From Paraspadella gotoi (Eukaryota > Animalia > Chaetognatha), in contig CM119265.1 in NCBI GenBank assembly GCA_051294375.1, positions 2,703,292-2,767,291 on the forward strand: DNA of 64,000 nucleotides. The letters run 5' to 3'. The notes under the pieces are model-generated. The model searched no databases. It was not told the DNA's origin and was given only the letters and a program-made list of their open reading frames with translations. Shown here piece by piece: positions 1 to 22,119 of the stretch; the first letter of the stretch is position 1; each line of letters starts with the position of its first letter. Both the position numbers and the translations under genes were made by a program.

Positions 1-108
1 ATTATCGACATTTTTCGGTTCAGAGACAAAAACCATTTCACTCTTTTTTGTCACCTCCTCTACCTCCTACTCCTCCTCCTCCTCCTCCTCCTCCTCCTCC
101 TCCACCAG

Positions 109-7740
<7,632 letters not shown>

Positions 7741-9754
7741 GTGGATTGGAAAAGAGGGGGGTTTTTTAGGGCGGTGGTAGTTTGATTTAGGGGGGGGGGA
7801 AATGAATCGGAAAACTTATATTAATATACGTTATTAAAAGTATTCCTGAAATAGTAAAATAAAACTTCTAAGAAAATCGAATCGAAAGATATTAAAAATA
7901 ATCTAAACTGCTACAATATGTAAATTAAATTGAAGAACTCAATCTTATTTAAAATGAACCACAAGTTACTCTTCTAAGGAAAAAGGGAAAAGGCTTAGTT
8001 GAATTCAAAAGTCCGAAATTATAAAATATTAATTTTTCTATTTGTAATTGTGATTTTTTGTTGTGATTTTGTTGTTTTTTCTTGTTTGTTGTTTTTATGT
8101 CGACGAAAAACGAAATCATCGCCAAAGCAAAGACAAAGTGTAAATGGAAGTAATCGAGTAATGGTGGGGACTGAGGGCCTATGGAGGAAACGAACTGAAC
8201 CTGGGTCGTCTCTCTCTGTCTTTCTCTCTCTCTTCTCTCTCTCTCTCCTCTCTCGTCTCTCTCTCTCTCCTTCTCTCTCCTTGTGGGCGCTCTCTCTCTC
8301 TCTCTCTTATTCTGGCCGCTCGCGGCGAGGTCAGCGCGTTGAGGTAACGGGTCTCGAGACAACAACAACCTAACTCTCTCTCTCTCTCTCCTCTCCTCCC
8401 GTCTCTCGTCTCCTTCCTCCGTCCGTCTTTCTCGTCTCTCTCTCTCTCTCCATTTTTTATGTTGTTTTTTTCGGGATCCTATTTTCACTGTTCACGAAAT
8501 ATCTCTCTTTTGTGTTCAAAGGAACGATCTACGGATGGCGGGAGACAGATAGAGATAGAAACAGATGGTTATAGATGGGAGAATGAAAATACCGATGGAA
8601 GGAGATGGGATGATTCTCAGTCAGTAAACTCCTGAGTCCAATGAGTCGTCCGTCCAAAGAAAAACGACAAAAGTTATTGAAGCAGATCCTTTAATACTTT
8701 ATTGGCGATTTTTTAGTACAATAATATTTTTAAAAAACGGTAGAAATTGTCTTTCTGACGGGCCGACGATTATCTGCTTTGATTTTATTAAAGAATGACC
8801 ATTTCTGTGTCATAAACCAGTGACAATAAAATATCTTGCCTGAAATTAAACGAATTCTTAGAGAGAAAAAAAGGGAAAGAGAGAGCGAGATATAACCTTT
8901 TCTAAAATTATCATCATAGGAAAAATGACGATTAGACGAAAAGTGTATGAAAAAAAAAATGGAGTGAAATCGTGAGGCGTCGGAAAGTCGTCGTCGTTGT
9001 CTTCGTCGTCGTCGTCGTCGTCGTTGTCGTCGTCGTCATTCTTGTTATGATTACATCCTACGCCTTTTTAATCGTTGTCGTAGTTTTCGTTTTTGTTTGA
9101 ATAAGGATGAGTTAATGATAAATGGAAAATAATATTATAGTAGGATATGAATAAAATGTATGTATGAAAACTGAAAGAAAATGTAAAGAAAAGTATAAAA
9201 AAAAAGGGGAAAAATAAGAAAGAAATCAACGAAACAAGTGCTTATTTTTATGCCATCTCATAAACGATAAAAATAAATGGAAGATAAAGATATAATCTTC
9301 CTTTAAAAAGAAAAAAAACATTTTTGAAAAAAGGAAAATATGAAAGAAAAAGAGTTATAGCTTAAGTTAGATGGCATCAGAAAAAGGGTAATTAATCTGA
9401 AATCTTGAAAAGATCGAATAGCTTGAATGACTTGCTAATATTTTAAGATAAAATATGGCGCTGAAAGAATATTTTTGTATGCCCAAAGTAATGTAAAATA
9501 TAAAATGACTGAAAATTGTTAATGTAATGAATGTAGCACTTGATGTAGTTCCAAACAATTTACTTTGTTTTCTGATATTTGAGGTTTTTTTTTAATTATT
9601 GCTTAATTATTATACTGATAATTTTTATTTAGAATTTTTAAATAATTGAAGGAAAATTTCATCCCAGAAAAAAATATATCTTCGGCAGATTTTAAATATT
9701 CATCGTGAGTCTGAAAAATGCGGTTTTTAAATAGAAATCTCAAAGTGATAAAAA

Positions 9755-9826
<72 letters not shown>

Positions 9827-9927
9827 AGAGATAATGGAATCGGGAGAACAAAGAGAAAAAAACTTGAATGAAGATTTAGTTGACAAAGATTGAAACGTCG
9901 AGAGAAAGATTGCCAACGTTATGAGAC

Positions 9928-9985
<58 letters not shown>

Positions 9986-9986
9986 A

Positions 9987-10018
<32 letters not shown>

Positions 10019-10561
10019 CGAAGTAACCGGAAACCGATATTGAAACGAAGGGCAGGTAAACGACGGAAAAATAAAAGGAAAAGTCAAAGAAAATTGCAAG
10101 TCAGAAAGGTCAGGCTGGCGAGAGAATTAAAAAAAAGAGAAGAAGGTTAGAGAGGTCAAAGAGAGGTTTGAAAGAGGTTGAACAGAGGTTTGATATGTCA
10201 AAAAGAGAGGTGAGAGATGTTGGAGAGGTCAAAGAGAGGTCGGAGAGAGGTCAGACAAAAAACAGAGGTCATGACGGTCGAGAGGTCGAATATTGAAGAA
10301 GAAAGTGATTGTAGAGAGAGAAAGAGAGAAAGAGAGAGAGAGAGAGAGAGACAGAGAGAGAGAAAACAATATTTTTTTTCAAAGAGAAGTCGTATTAGCA
10401 TTCGCCACTCGGCATTTAAAAAAAATGTGAATAAGTAATAAAAACGAACCTTTCCTCACAAAACATGTTAAAAGAGAAAATACAACTTTGGTAATTAATA
10501 TTAATTCCCTCAATGAGGCTAGTGGATAAACAAGAAAAAGATAACAAGTTTAGAGAAAGAA

Positions 10562-10910
10562 AAAAAAGGGTTTTCATGAAAAGGGTTTTTAAGAAAAGGG
10601 TTTTAGGTAAAAGGGTTTTAAGGAAAAAGGTTTTTAAGAAAAAGGTATTTAGGAAAAGGGTTTTAAGGAAAACAGTTTTTAAGAAAAGGATTTTTAGGAA
10701 AAGGGTTTTAAGGAAAATGGTTTTTAAGAAAAGGGTTCTTAGGAAAAGGGTTTTAAGGAAAAAGGTTTTTAAGAAAAAGGTATTTAGGAAAAGGGTTTTA
10801 AGGAAAAGACTTTTTAAGAAAAGGGTTTTTAAGAAAAGAGTTTTTAGGGGAAGGGTTTTGAGTAAAATACTTTTCAGGAATAGTGTTTATAGAAAAATCG
10901 TTTTTAGTTG
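10562..10910. repeat. 15-bp minisatellite (aggaaaagggtttta/aagaaaagggttttt)x~22
   Basis: Visible tandem array; produces the spurious KRVLRKKVF ORF. Confidence 0.9.
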
Positions 10911-11064
10911 AAGAGTTTTAAAAAAGTGATGGTGAAAAAAACAGAGTTGTGAAAAAAAATGGAAAAGATAATAAAAAATGTGTTGAGGCCATAAAAGGAT
11001 TTGATTCTCTCACTCGTTCAGAAGTTGGGAGGCGGAAATTCGGTAAATGTCTTTCACTTCCGGT

Positions 11065-11123
<59 letters not shown>

Positions 11124-12031
11124 TGGGTTAATGTTCTAAGAACACACTTGTTGGTAAATTACGAGTTTGGGAAAGAACATTAAGAAGGTAATACGATAAA
11201 AAAAAAGTTTTGAAAAATCATCATAAAAAGACTTTAAAAAAAGTTTGAATAAAACTCCCAAGGAAAAATATATAAATCGGAAGATTGTCGGACAAATTCA
11301 GAGGGTCGGGGGGAAGAGAAGAGAAGAGATTAATTTACGATATGAGAAAAAAAATTGATTAAGTCGAAAAAAAAATCGGGAAATGATGAAAAATGATGAT
11401 AAAAAATGATAAAAATATGATAAAATGACTGATGATCGATGAATCGAAGCGTAACAAAAAATGATTAAAAAATGAAACCTGATTTAAAAAAAATAAGAAA
11501 AAAAAGTGAAAAATTTATTAGGAAAAAAAAGAAAGAAAAAAAAAGAAAGAAAAAAAGGAGAAAAAAAAGAAAGAGAAAAAAGAAAGAATGACGGATTGAA
11601 AGAGGAAAAAAAAAACTGAAGTGAGGTTTCACGTTGAGTTGTGAAAAAAAGTGAAAGTCCTTGAGCTTTCTCTTTCTATGAGTTATGAGAAGTTGCGGAG
11701 AGAGAAAGAGGAACTCCGAGGTTTTTCCTAATGAAAACGTCTCACTCTCTCTCTCTCCCTCTCCCTCTCTCACTCTCTCTCGTCGGCAACGTTTTTTTTT
11801 ACTCTTTAATCAATAAATCAACAATAATTAAACCAATTATTAAACCTACCAACCAATCAATTAATATAGTAATCAGCTTGCCAATTTATCATTCAACTGA
11901 AGTATGAAACAATTAATCAAATTAATAGACTAATAAATGAACGAATGAATGAATGAATCAACCCATCAACCAATCAACCAATCGATCAACTAACCAATCA
12001 AATCAATCAAATCCCCGTGTTTTCCAAAAAG

Positions 12032-12545
12032 GCAACTGATGGCGGATCAAAGAAAAGCCGAGCGGCGCCGTCAAAATTCCGAGCGCCTCTTGACTCTCGA
12101 CGCCGACGATGGAACCGGCGCTTTTGACGCCGTCTTTGACATCCAACACGCCAACGACGACGCCGACTACGACGCCGCCCACCCGGTCTCCGTTCCTGAC
12201 GCCGCGGAGTCAATGGGAAAAGAGGGCCGAAACGAAACAGGAGACGATGGCTCGAAAGAGCGCCGGCGAGGGACGAATCGGCGCCGGCGAGAAGTCGGCG
12301 AAAATGACGCCGTCGTTGAGAACAACGCCGGATTTCCTTGGCGCGGATTGGCCGAACGACCGACCATTCAGAGGCTGAGGAGGCAGTTGATTAAGATGGG
12401 GGATCCGAGAGTCGTGGTGGTGGTGGGGGGAGAAGGAAGAAGGGGAAGAGGGAGAAGGAGTGAGAAGGGAGGAAGGGATGGAGGAGAAGAGGGAGGAGGA
12501 GTGGATGGGAGGAGGAAGAGGGAGGAGGATAGGATGGGAGGATGA
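12032..12545 (+). CDS. Probable terminal exon of the anoctamin gene (low-complexity charged tail)
   Basis: Acceptor tttccaaaaag|G at 12031/12032 is in phase 2, matching the phase-2 donor at 7740, and gives ..QEAIYR-QLMADQRKAERRRQ... The sequence is GC-rich and exon-like. A competing short phase-2 exon exists at 8522-8552 (RNDLRMAGDR*). Confidence 0.5.
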
Positions 12546-12892
12546 AGAGGAGGAGGAGTGGATGGGAGGAGAAAGAGGGAGGAGAGTGAGATAAGAGAAG
12601 GGATGGGAGGAGGAAGAGGGAGGAGGAATGAGATGGGAGAAGGATGGGAGAAGGAGAGGAAAGAGAAGGAAGAGGGAGGAGGAGTGAGATGGGAGGAAGG
12701 GATGGGAGGAGGAAGAGGAGGAGGAGTGGGATGGGAGGAGGAAGAGGGAGGAGGAGTGAGATGGGAGGTAAGGATGGGAGAATGAAGAGGGAGGAGTGGG
12801 ATGGGAGGAAGGGATGGGAGGAGAAAGAGGAGGAGGAGTGAGATGGGAGGAAGGGATGGGAGGAGGAAGAGGGAGGAGGAATGAGGAGGAAT
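12460..12892. repeat. Purine-rich degenerate tandem repeat (gatgggaggaggaagagggaggag)
   Basis: Visible G/A tandem units. Confidence 0.8.
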
Positions 12893-14945
12893 TCAAAGTC
12901 TTGAATATTTTTATAAATATTTTTTTTTTATAATTCTGTTGTTAATAAACTATCGTGTGAAATCGACTTGGACCTAATCTTTATGCTGATCATAATTTTC
13001 TCGTTTAAATAAATCCACTCTGATTTCGCTTAGGACTAAACTCTGACAAAAAAGCCAGATGTTTTTTAATATATTCTTATACCTGCCAATATAGAATGAT
13101 GGCAATATTGTTAAGTTACACAAAAATCCGACCATTAATAAAGAAAATATTAACCAAAATCTTCGGAAAATCCACCCCTTCTTTGGAAGATTTTCGCCAT
13201 AAAACATTTTTCCTTAATCTTATTCCCGGTTGAAAACTCTTAAAATTCCGATCGTTAGCTCCTCTTTTACTTTTACTTTAAATGAAAATTTTACCAAAAT
13301 GAACTAATTCACTTTACCATGATCATATCAAATTAAAATAACCAAATAAAATGTAAAGAAAAATTTTGAGAGCCCTTCAGACACTTTGCCAGAGGATTCC
13401 TAAATTTGATGTCATTTGTTAAACACGTTTATATCGTTTTGAAGGGAAAAAATCCCTTTCATTTCTATATAATATGGATGGATGGATAATTTCTCGTACA
13501 GAAGCAGTCTGTCTATTTGTTCTGGCTTGTTTGATATCAAGATGTTGATGATTTGACAAGAGAAAAAAAAATGCGAGCCCTTCAGATACAACAGGATCGG
13601 AATCAAGCGTGTTTACATCTATTTTTTACCAGAATTTTCCCCAGGGGCGTTTATAAAGTTTGGTAGTCAGATTCGAAAGAAAATCTCCATTGAAAAAATC
13701 TTTCTTAACTTCTAAGAGAGACGAAGACTCCTATTTCGTTGTAGAAATCTCATGCTTTTTTTTAAAAGACAAAGTAGCCTTTTACGATACAGTACAGTAT
13801 TGTAATAAACTCTCTCTTCATTATAAATAATTTTTCTTTCTTTTTTCTTTCTCTATTTCCCACCTGGAAACACACAGGTAAGTGAAATATTTTAAACGCT
13901 TCAACTCACTATTTAACACACTTCATTCTTAAATTTCACATATTTATTTATTCATCGACCGGTCAATATATAATGACGTACATGGACAAAGCTTTATCAT
14001 CATTTATCAATTAGGTATGAATAATTAGGTATATTATAGCAGACATGACAGGCCATAACTATATACAATCTGGAATAATAAAAACTGGAAAAGGCTTCCA
14101 CAAGTTTTTGCAAAAAACGTCTCCGGCGAAAGAGAAACGAATTTCAAATTTCATTTTTCTGCCGCCAAATTTTGTTTTACTTCACAAAATCGTGAATTTT
14201 TCTTTTTTCTTTTTTCCAACAAAATAAAAAAAATAAATTTTTAAATCGATTTTATTTTTTGGCGCCAAAAAGAAAAAAAAAGCACAATCGGTGAAATGTC
14301 CGTACAAATTACAATGGAATCAATGTAAAAATAAGTTAAACGGGAGCTGTTGTAACTCAACTGCTTCTAGAAAGATGAAATTTCTGAATTTAGACTAGTT
14401 TAAAACAATCCTTCTGTCCAATTGCTGAGGCAATGCTCGAGGAACATTTTTAGAATATTGTAGCAAGGTATAAAATCGAACTTAGTATTCAAAGGCGATA
14501 CTGCTGAGTCTTTTAATTTCCCTTTATACTAAAACATTTTAACACACGCTGTGAACGCTCATTGATATTTGTTAGTATTCATGTACCGTTCTCACTTCTC
14601 TTAGTATTTCACCAAAAATACAGCCCCTCTTTAACTTTTTTTACACGTATTCCATCGCATCACAAACCAGCAATCACATTATTACAATGATTACCCAACA
14701 GTATTGTAATGATACATCGGCTTCATGTGTATCAATTTGAAAAAAAATTACGGTCGTTGATTGAATGAATTTAATCGATAAATTAACAATGTTTTAGTAT
14801 AGTGTACTGGTAGATTCATAAATATTTTTTTGGTATTTTTGTCATGAAATTGAAAAAAAAAACAAAAAAACAAACAAAATCGTTTTTCCTTTTTTTTTAT
14901 TTCCGGGTTTTTCTTTCTTTTCTGCAGATTTAAACTTGCTCTCTC

Positions 14946-15047
<102 letters not shown>

Positions 15048-15055
15048 CCCCGCTC

Positions 15056-15810
15056 CTACTCCGCTCCAGTTCTCTCTGGACTATTCCAGCAAAAATCCAA
15101 CAATTGTAAATACGTGCACGACGCGTAGCAACAGAGATCGGAGATCTCTAAATCGCGTCGAAGCATGGGGTGTCGAGTGGCCCGGAACGGGGCGCCCTGA
15201 GGAAGGGGTGGAATAAAAGAAAACGGTTACATCCGGGCTTAGAGAGAGGTTGAAAGTGAGATTCAAGTTACATCCGGAAATAAAGAATCTGGAGATAAAG
15301 AAAGAAGAAAGTTACGTCCGATGATAAAGATAGAAGACAGATTAAAAAAGACAGTTACGTTCTCGCTCTTGAGACAATTCTATACTCAATTAATTCAAGT
15401 TCAGGAAGAAATTATAAAAAGTGAGGCCATTTATAAAAAGGGAGGCCATTCATAAAAAGGGAGGTCATTCATAAAAGGTGAGGCCATTTATAAAAAGCAA
15501 GAATTTTATAAAAAGTGAGACCATTTATAAAAAGTATGGATATCCATAAAAATGATTCTATTTATAAAAAGTGAGGCCATTGAGAAAAGTGAGGCCATGT
15601 ATAAAAAGTGAGGCCATTTATACTGGGAATAATCAAGAGGTTTAAGCCGCGACATCCGGAGTCGAATAGAAGAAATGGAAAAATATAGGCCATTTACATC
15701 CGGGAGGGAATTAGCTTGACGAGATTTCTGAGAAATGTTAAGGTGATTTTAAGGGAAGATGGGGTTGAGAGGTGGGGAGCGGAGAGGACGAGAGAGAGAG
15801 AGAACGAGAG

Positions 15811-15860
<50 letters not shown>

Positions 15861-18800
15861 AATTTGAAGGTGATTTTAAAGGGAAAATTGGGGTGAGATG
15901 TCAGAGCGGAGACAGAGAGAGAGAAGAGAGAGAGACGGAGAGGAGAGAGAGAGAGAGAGAGAGAGAGATTTTGATTTGATTTGAAAACAAGGAAAGGGAA
16001 ATAAATGAGAAGTGAATAAAGATGAGGTGAACGGAGAGTAAGTGAGGATGAGGTGAGCCACTAATTAAAACATTAAAAGAGTATAAGATTAATATATTAG
16101 TAAAAGATTAAAACGGCCCAACGAAAAAAAAATATATTAGTAAAAGTTAAAACAAACGGAGCTCGAAGTTTATTTTAAACTAATTTTAAATTCAGTCCAC
16201 GCGGGTTCGTCGAAAATTTAATTTCATTTTTTTTCGCTACAAAATAAATAAAAGTAATGATTACTAGATTTTTTTTGGGGAGGGGGGAGAAATATAAAAC
16301 CAAGGAAATATTCTTTTTTATTTTTAAGCTGATTTTTAAATATTTGGGCGCGGAGCAAACAACGGTTTAAACGATTACAAAAGTCCCATTTTACATCCCA
16401 TGCTATAAACATAACTTTCATCGATTGCTTTTTTATTATTATAATTGTAAGTTTGTTAGCTGACACAGTCTATTGGTTTCGATTAATTTTGTATAAAAAG
16501 ACTAATAATTTAAATTTTTTTTTTATTTTCAAGGTATGCGATTGCCAAAGAGTTCTCTTATTCGTGGGTTTAAAACTTCTGCATAATTTTGATACAAAAA
16601 AAACTCTAATTTGATATAGGATTATTCAAAATCCTTCTAGTTATTGTGAGTGAGATTAATCATGAGTTTTTTTCTTTTCATAAGATTTTAATAAATATTA
16701 TTTCCAAAACTACAGTTAATGCGGAAAATAGGGATAGACAGGATAAGGAAAGTACTCGGGGGGGGGGGAATTTAAAAAAAGGTTGAGACTCCTTGGCCCC
16801 TTTTCTATTGTCAAGATTCAAGACTGAACTGAACTGTATATAAATATTAAATAACATAGTCACTCACTTACTCAATCACTAACTCACTAATTAACTCACC
16901 CACTCACCTTTTCAACGTATTTTCCATCGCCATCCTCGGCATCAAAGCGACGAAATCTCGACCTGACGAAGAAAAATGAAACAAAAGTGAGATTGATGTG
17001 AGTGATGTTGATGTAGTTGGTGATGATGATGATGATGGTGAAGGATTGATGTTGACGCTGATGGCGAAAGTGCGTCGTAAAAGTGGTTGTGTGTAACAGA
17101 GACATTTGTGGATTATTACAAGTTTTATTAATCTTTTAAAACTTATTTGTATATTATCATAGTTTGAATAACTATTAATAAAAAAGTTTTTATTCTATTG
17201 TCTTTATTATTGTTATATTACATTAGCGATTGATTATGTTTGTTGTAAATTGAACAAATAATAATAAAAATAACCATTTATCTCAATTATGTGGAACACG
17301 ATGCCCCGAACATTAATTATTACTTGATTGTATAATTCTCGAGATTTTCTACGTTTAACATGAAAGGTTTATTCGATGTGTGTGATGTGAATTCGCCTCA
17401 ATGTTGTGAACGCGTTGGTGAATTTCGGGCGGAGAAAGTGAAAAGGAAAAAAAAACTGATCACTTTTCGATATTCAAAGGTCAACAACTTTTCATGTTCT
17501 TTCTTCATCGTTTTCGAGAGAAGAGAAAGACGACGACGACGACGACGACGACGATGATGATGATGATTTTGCTGGTGATCACGATTTCGATGAGAAAAAA
17601 AAGAGGAAAGGAAAATAAGATGATGTCACTACTGTTGCTTCTTTTTGCTTATTTTCTCTTTCTTTCATTATTATTTTCTTTTCTTTTCTGTTTCTTTCTC
17701 TTTTTTCTTTTCTTTTTAGTTTTCCTCCTTTTTTTTCTTTTTCCTCCTTTTTTCTTTCTTTTCATTTTCTTTTTCCTCCTATTTCTTTTTTCTTTTTAAA
17801 TTACCTCGTTTCTTTTTTTAAATTTTTTTCCTTTTCTTTTAAAAAAATTTTTCACCTTTTTTCTTTATTTTCTTTTTAATTTTTCTCTACTCTCCTCTCT
17901 TCTCTCTCTCTCTCTCTCTCCCTCTCTCTCTCCTCTCTCCTCTCCTTTTCCTTCTCTCTTCTCTCTCTTCCCTCTCTCTCTCTCTCACCTCTCTACTCTC
18001 CTCTTCATTCTTCCCCTTCTCCCCTCTTGCTCTTCTCTCCTCTCTCCTCTCTCTCTCTCTCTCCCTCTCTCTTCCCTCTCTCTCTCCTTCTCTCCCTCTC
18101 TCTCTCCCTCTCCAAGGGACTTTAACTTACCCTATGGCTTCGCCTTCGGTTTCCGTTTTTAAATTCGCTCCTTTGGACGTAAAATGAAATTAAAATATTA
18201 ATGAGAAATCATTAGCATAAAAAGGAATTTTTTTTGTCTTTAAGAGAAGAAAATGTGAGTGAAGATTATTTAAGGGTGTGAGTTGTGAGAGTGAAGGAGT
18301 GCAGTTGTGAGAGTTAAATAGGGTAATTGTGGCTGTGAATAAGTTCGGTTGTGAGAGTGGAATAGATCTTGTATTAATATTTAATTCTGTAACATTTGAG
18401 TATGTAATTTTATGTATAAGAAATTTTATACTATAATGAGCCAGTAAGTTAGTAAAAAAATTTTTTCTGTCAAATTTTTAATAAATATTCAATCACTAAA
18501 TACTTTTCTTAATAATTTTTAAACATAAATCTTTTTATATAATCTATTTATAAATAAACGTATATATTATCTCCCCGACTCACTTTCGTCCTCTTCCACG
18601 GAGCGGCGTCTTGCAACTCCACCATGAGATTTGCAAACCTCTTGCACCTTGTCTACAAGCTGGGAACCGCAGAGTGTGAAGCGGCGCTGCAACGTCTGGG
18701 CATCTGCCGAGTCGTACCTGAATCAAGGCTCAAACACTCACCTCCCGAAGTCGTTTCAAGTATTTTTATTCGGACGAAACTTACCCGCAAACATCGAAAC

Positions 18801-19863
18801 TTACCCCAATCGATTTTCCACGTTTTTGGTCCAGTGACGCCGTGGTTCCATCGCTGACGCCGTCAACGCCACCGGACGACGAATATCGACGCCGGAAGAA
18901 AAGCGGCGCTGTGGAGAAGGAGATGAAGGAAAAAATAAAGGATAAAAAATATGAGATGAATGAAGGAAATGAATGAAAGAAATGAATGAAAGAAATAAAT
19001 GAAAGAAATGAATGAAAGAAATGAATGAAAAAAGATCTTAAAGAAGAGAGAAAAAAATGTTCAAATAAATGAAAAAATGTAAAAAAAAAAACGGAAAAAA
19101 ATTAAATAAAAATTTTTCTTAAGAAAAAAAAAACGGAATTAAAAAGTAAAGTGAGTAAACAAAGTTCGACACACCAAATTAACTTCACCCTGACTTCTGA
19201 CCAACTCACTCTCACGGTTGTTTCCTTTGACGACCTCACTTTTACTGCCCTGACTTTTGACGAACTCACTTTTCCTGCCCTGACTTTTGACGACCTCACT
19301 TTTCCTGCCCTGACTGTTGACGAACTCACTCTCATGGCCGTTTACTTTGACGACCTCACTCTGCTACCCCTTACCTTAAACTGTCCAGTATATACTACTG
19401 CCGTTACCTTTTACGACCTCACTTTTCCTGCACTGACTTTTGACGAACTCACTTGCCCGACCCTTACCTTTAATGATCTTACTCCTGCGACCCCATCCTT
19501 AGAATCTCTTAAACTTGACGCTTACTTTTAAAAACCTGACTTTTTCTGCCCTGACTTTCGACGACCACACAAAACCGAGCCTTACCTTCAATGACATGAT
19601 GCACCCTGCTCTAATTTCGAAAATGTCACACTCACAAATCCGACCAACTTCCTCACACTTCCCGCCCTTACCTTCGACAACACCTTTGACAACGCCGCCG
19701 AGTTGAAGGACGCCGGTGAAACGGCGCCGACTTCGCCGTCCGTCGTTGTCAGCGCCGGAAGAAGACGAAGCTCGTAGGCGCCAATGGAGGATGAGGAGGA
19801 AAGGGAAGAAGAGAAGAGGAAAAAAGAGAGGAGGAAGAGGGGGAAATAGAGAGAGAGAGACAT
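15056..19863 (-). CDS. Insulin-like peptide precursor, 6 coding exons, 221 aa
   Basis: Exons 19863-19672 (signal-like [29 protein letters not shown]..), 18908-18805, 18717-18584 ([29 protein letters not shown] chain), 18170-18131, 16962-16908 and 15196-15056 ([35 protein letters not shown] chain CC-x3-C-x8-C). All introns are GT-AG, phases 0/2/1/2/0 are consistent, and the CDS totals 666 nt. Confidence 0.9.
15412..15622. repeat. ~19-bp minisatellite (aaaagtgaggccatttata) in the last ILP intron
   Basis: About 11 visible tandem units. Confidence 0.85.
19180..19680 (-). repeat. 30-bp minisatellite derived from the ILP exon-1 donor junction
   Basis: Minus-strand unit tcgtcaaaa|gtcagggcaggaaaagtgagg versus the true junction ttgtcgaag|gtaagggcgggaagtgtgagg; about 16 degenerate units. 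Confidence 0.85.
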
Positions 19864-20185
19864 TGTGTGTGGAGGAAGGAAAGAGATGAGAGGAAAAAAT
19901 AAAAAAAATAAAAAGAAAAAAAGATTCTTTTCTCTAAAAGTTGATTTTTGTTAATCGTCCTGAAAGAAAAGACAATCGTGAGTTGATAAATTAAATTAAC
20001 ATCTTATGTTTAATTAAATTTTTTTAATCGCATTATTGCATGAAAAATGAACTTTGCAAATTTTTTTTTTCTATTTATTTATTTAATTTTTTTTATTATT
20101 ATTTTTTCTTCTTCTGGAATCAAGACGGAAAAATTGTAAGGAAAACGTTTTACATTTTTCACAATCAGCTGTCAGCTTTGTTTTG

Positions 20186-20296
<111 letters not shown>

Positions 20297-20738
20297 CTGA
20301 CACACACACAGAAAACCCCCACACCGAAAATAAAATTGATTCCAAATTTAGATTTTTCGGTTGGAAAAAGAAATAAATTTCGAATTTTATGGATTAGAAT
20401 AAAAAAAAAAATTAATTTCGCGAAGCGAAAAAGAGAAGATTTTTAAAAAATTTAAAAGTTTAATAAAATAAAAGATTTTATGAAAAAAAAGGGAAAGTAC
20501 TAGCGGAAATTGACTATCGAACTCAATAATTCATATTTCATTCTGTATATATTTTATATTTGTGTATATTATTTCATAATTGTATATTTGTATATTCATT
20601 GAATCCCCGAGGTATATGTCTGGATACCTACAGAGGTCGCTCTCAGTTTAATTGCTTAAAATCTTTACAAAACTTTTGTAATTTTACTTTAATTTAATTT
20701 TATTCATTTTCAATCTTTCTTTCTTTCACCTGATGGAA

Positions 20739-20780
<42 letters not shown>

Positions 20781-20995
20781 CTTTGTTACTTTTATTTTTT
20801 ATTTAAAACTTACCAACGCGAGAAACTTACCTCCTTTTTTCGTTTCTTGCCTTCGATTCAATTCGATGCGAGAGTTTCACTTATATATCCTAATCGTCGT
20901 CGTCGTCGTCGTCGTGTCACCGGAAGACGCCGTCGTCGTCGTTGTTGTCTTTGACGGCAGCATATGCTTTATTTCGAAGATGAAGACAAAAAAAC

Positions 20996-21072
<77 letters not shown>

Positions 21073-21822
21073 AGAATTTTTATTTTAAAGAAAAACTGTG
21101 TCCTCGGACAACGCTAGATTGACATGGCCAATAAGGCATGGCCAATTAGGAATGTCTAAAGGGTGATTCTTACGAGGGGGCTAATGAGTCCAAATGCCAA
21201 TAAAGATTGACCACTTTTCACTGCTTTTACATTCACTTCTTTCGTTCGTGAAATCTGTGGAATTTCAAATATGTTTTTTTGTTTTTGTTGTTACAAAAAT
21301 AATAATAATTCAAAAAGGGGGTCAAATAAATTTTTTAGTTCTGAATTCAATTAATCCTAGTTTATTGAATTGAGCTAAATCGTATCATAGTGGCCTATGA
21401 ATGATTTTACTATCAATTTATTTATTTATTTTTCCAACTTAATCCCACCTTGTATTTACTCGTATTTACTTTATCCATCAAAAAAGGTCTTCCAGTTCCA
21501 GACTATTATTTTATTTATTATTTATTAATTTAAAACATTTATTTCCTTGTGGGTTTTCTTAATGAGATTATTTTTTTTCTCCGTGTCTGAATGGATGAAA
21601 ACGACAACAACGACAACAACAACGGTGACGACTTCGCGAATAATTTTTAAGGCTTTTCCCGTCGATGATAAATTTGGTTATCAGTTTATATATGATTAAC
21701 TGACTTGCTATGTTTCTCGTTTTAAATGTGGAACATTATAAGTTTTATGAAATATTTAATGATAATTCTCAAACTAAGGCAAAAACATAATCAGCACGGT
21801 TCAGAGGGGAGGGAGGAGGGAG

Positions 21823-21870
<48 letters not shown>

Positions 21871-22119
21871 TTAGAGTCAAGAAAGCTTTAAATAGCATAA
21901 TTTTGAAATGCGAAATTCATAAAAGAACAAATCGGAACATCAAAATTAATTCAATCACATTGAATCTCGAATTAATGCGCAAAAGTTTGTAGCACCAATG
22001 ATAATTAACGAACTAAAACATCATCCTTGTCTGTTTTCACCAATTATTCGTAAAAAGAAATATACTAAAAAGTATAAAGATTTAAAAATCGTTCGAGTCA
22101 TAACTATCGACTTCTATTA

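Noticed and set aside
10513-10911. Histone-H1-like basic ORF (KRVLRKKVF)
   Set aside because: It is the translation of a 15-bp minisatellite, with no splice or domain support.
9740-11131. ERERER/SLSLSL ORFs here and throughout the window
   Set aside because: They are translations of (AG)n microsatellites.
19151-19531. Pentapeptide-repeat-like ORF ([10 protein letters not shown])
   Set aside because: It is the antisense reading of the donor-derived 30-bp intronic array.
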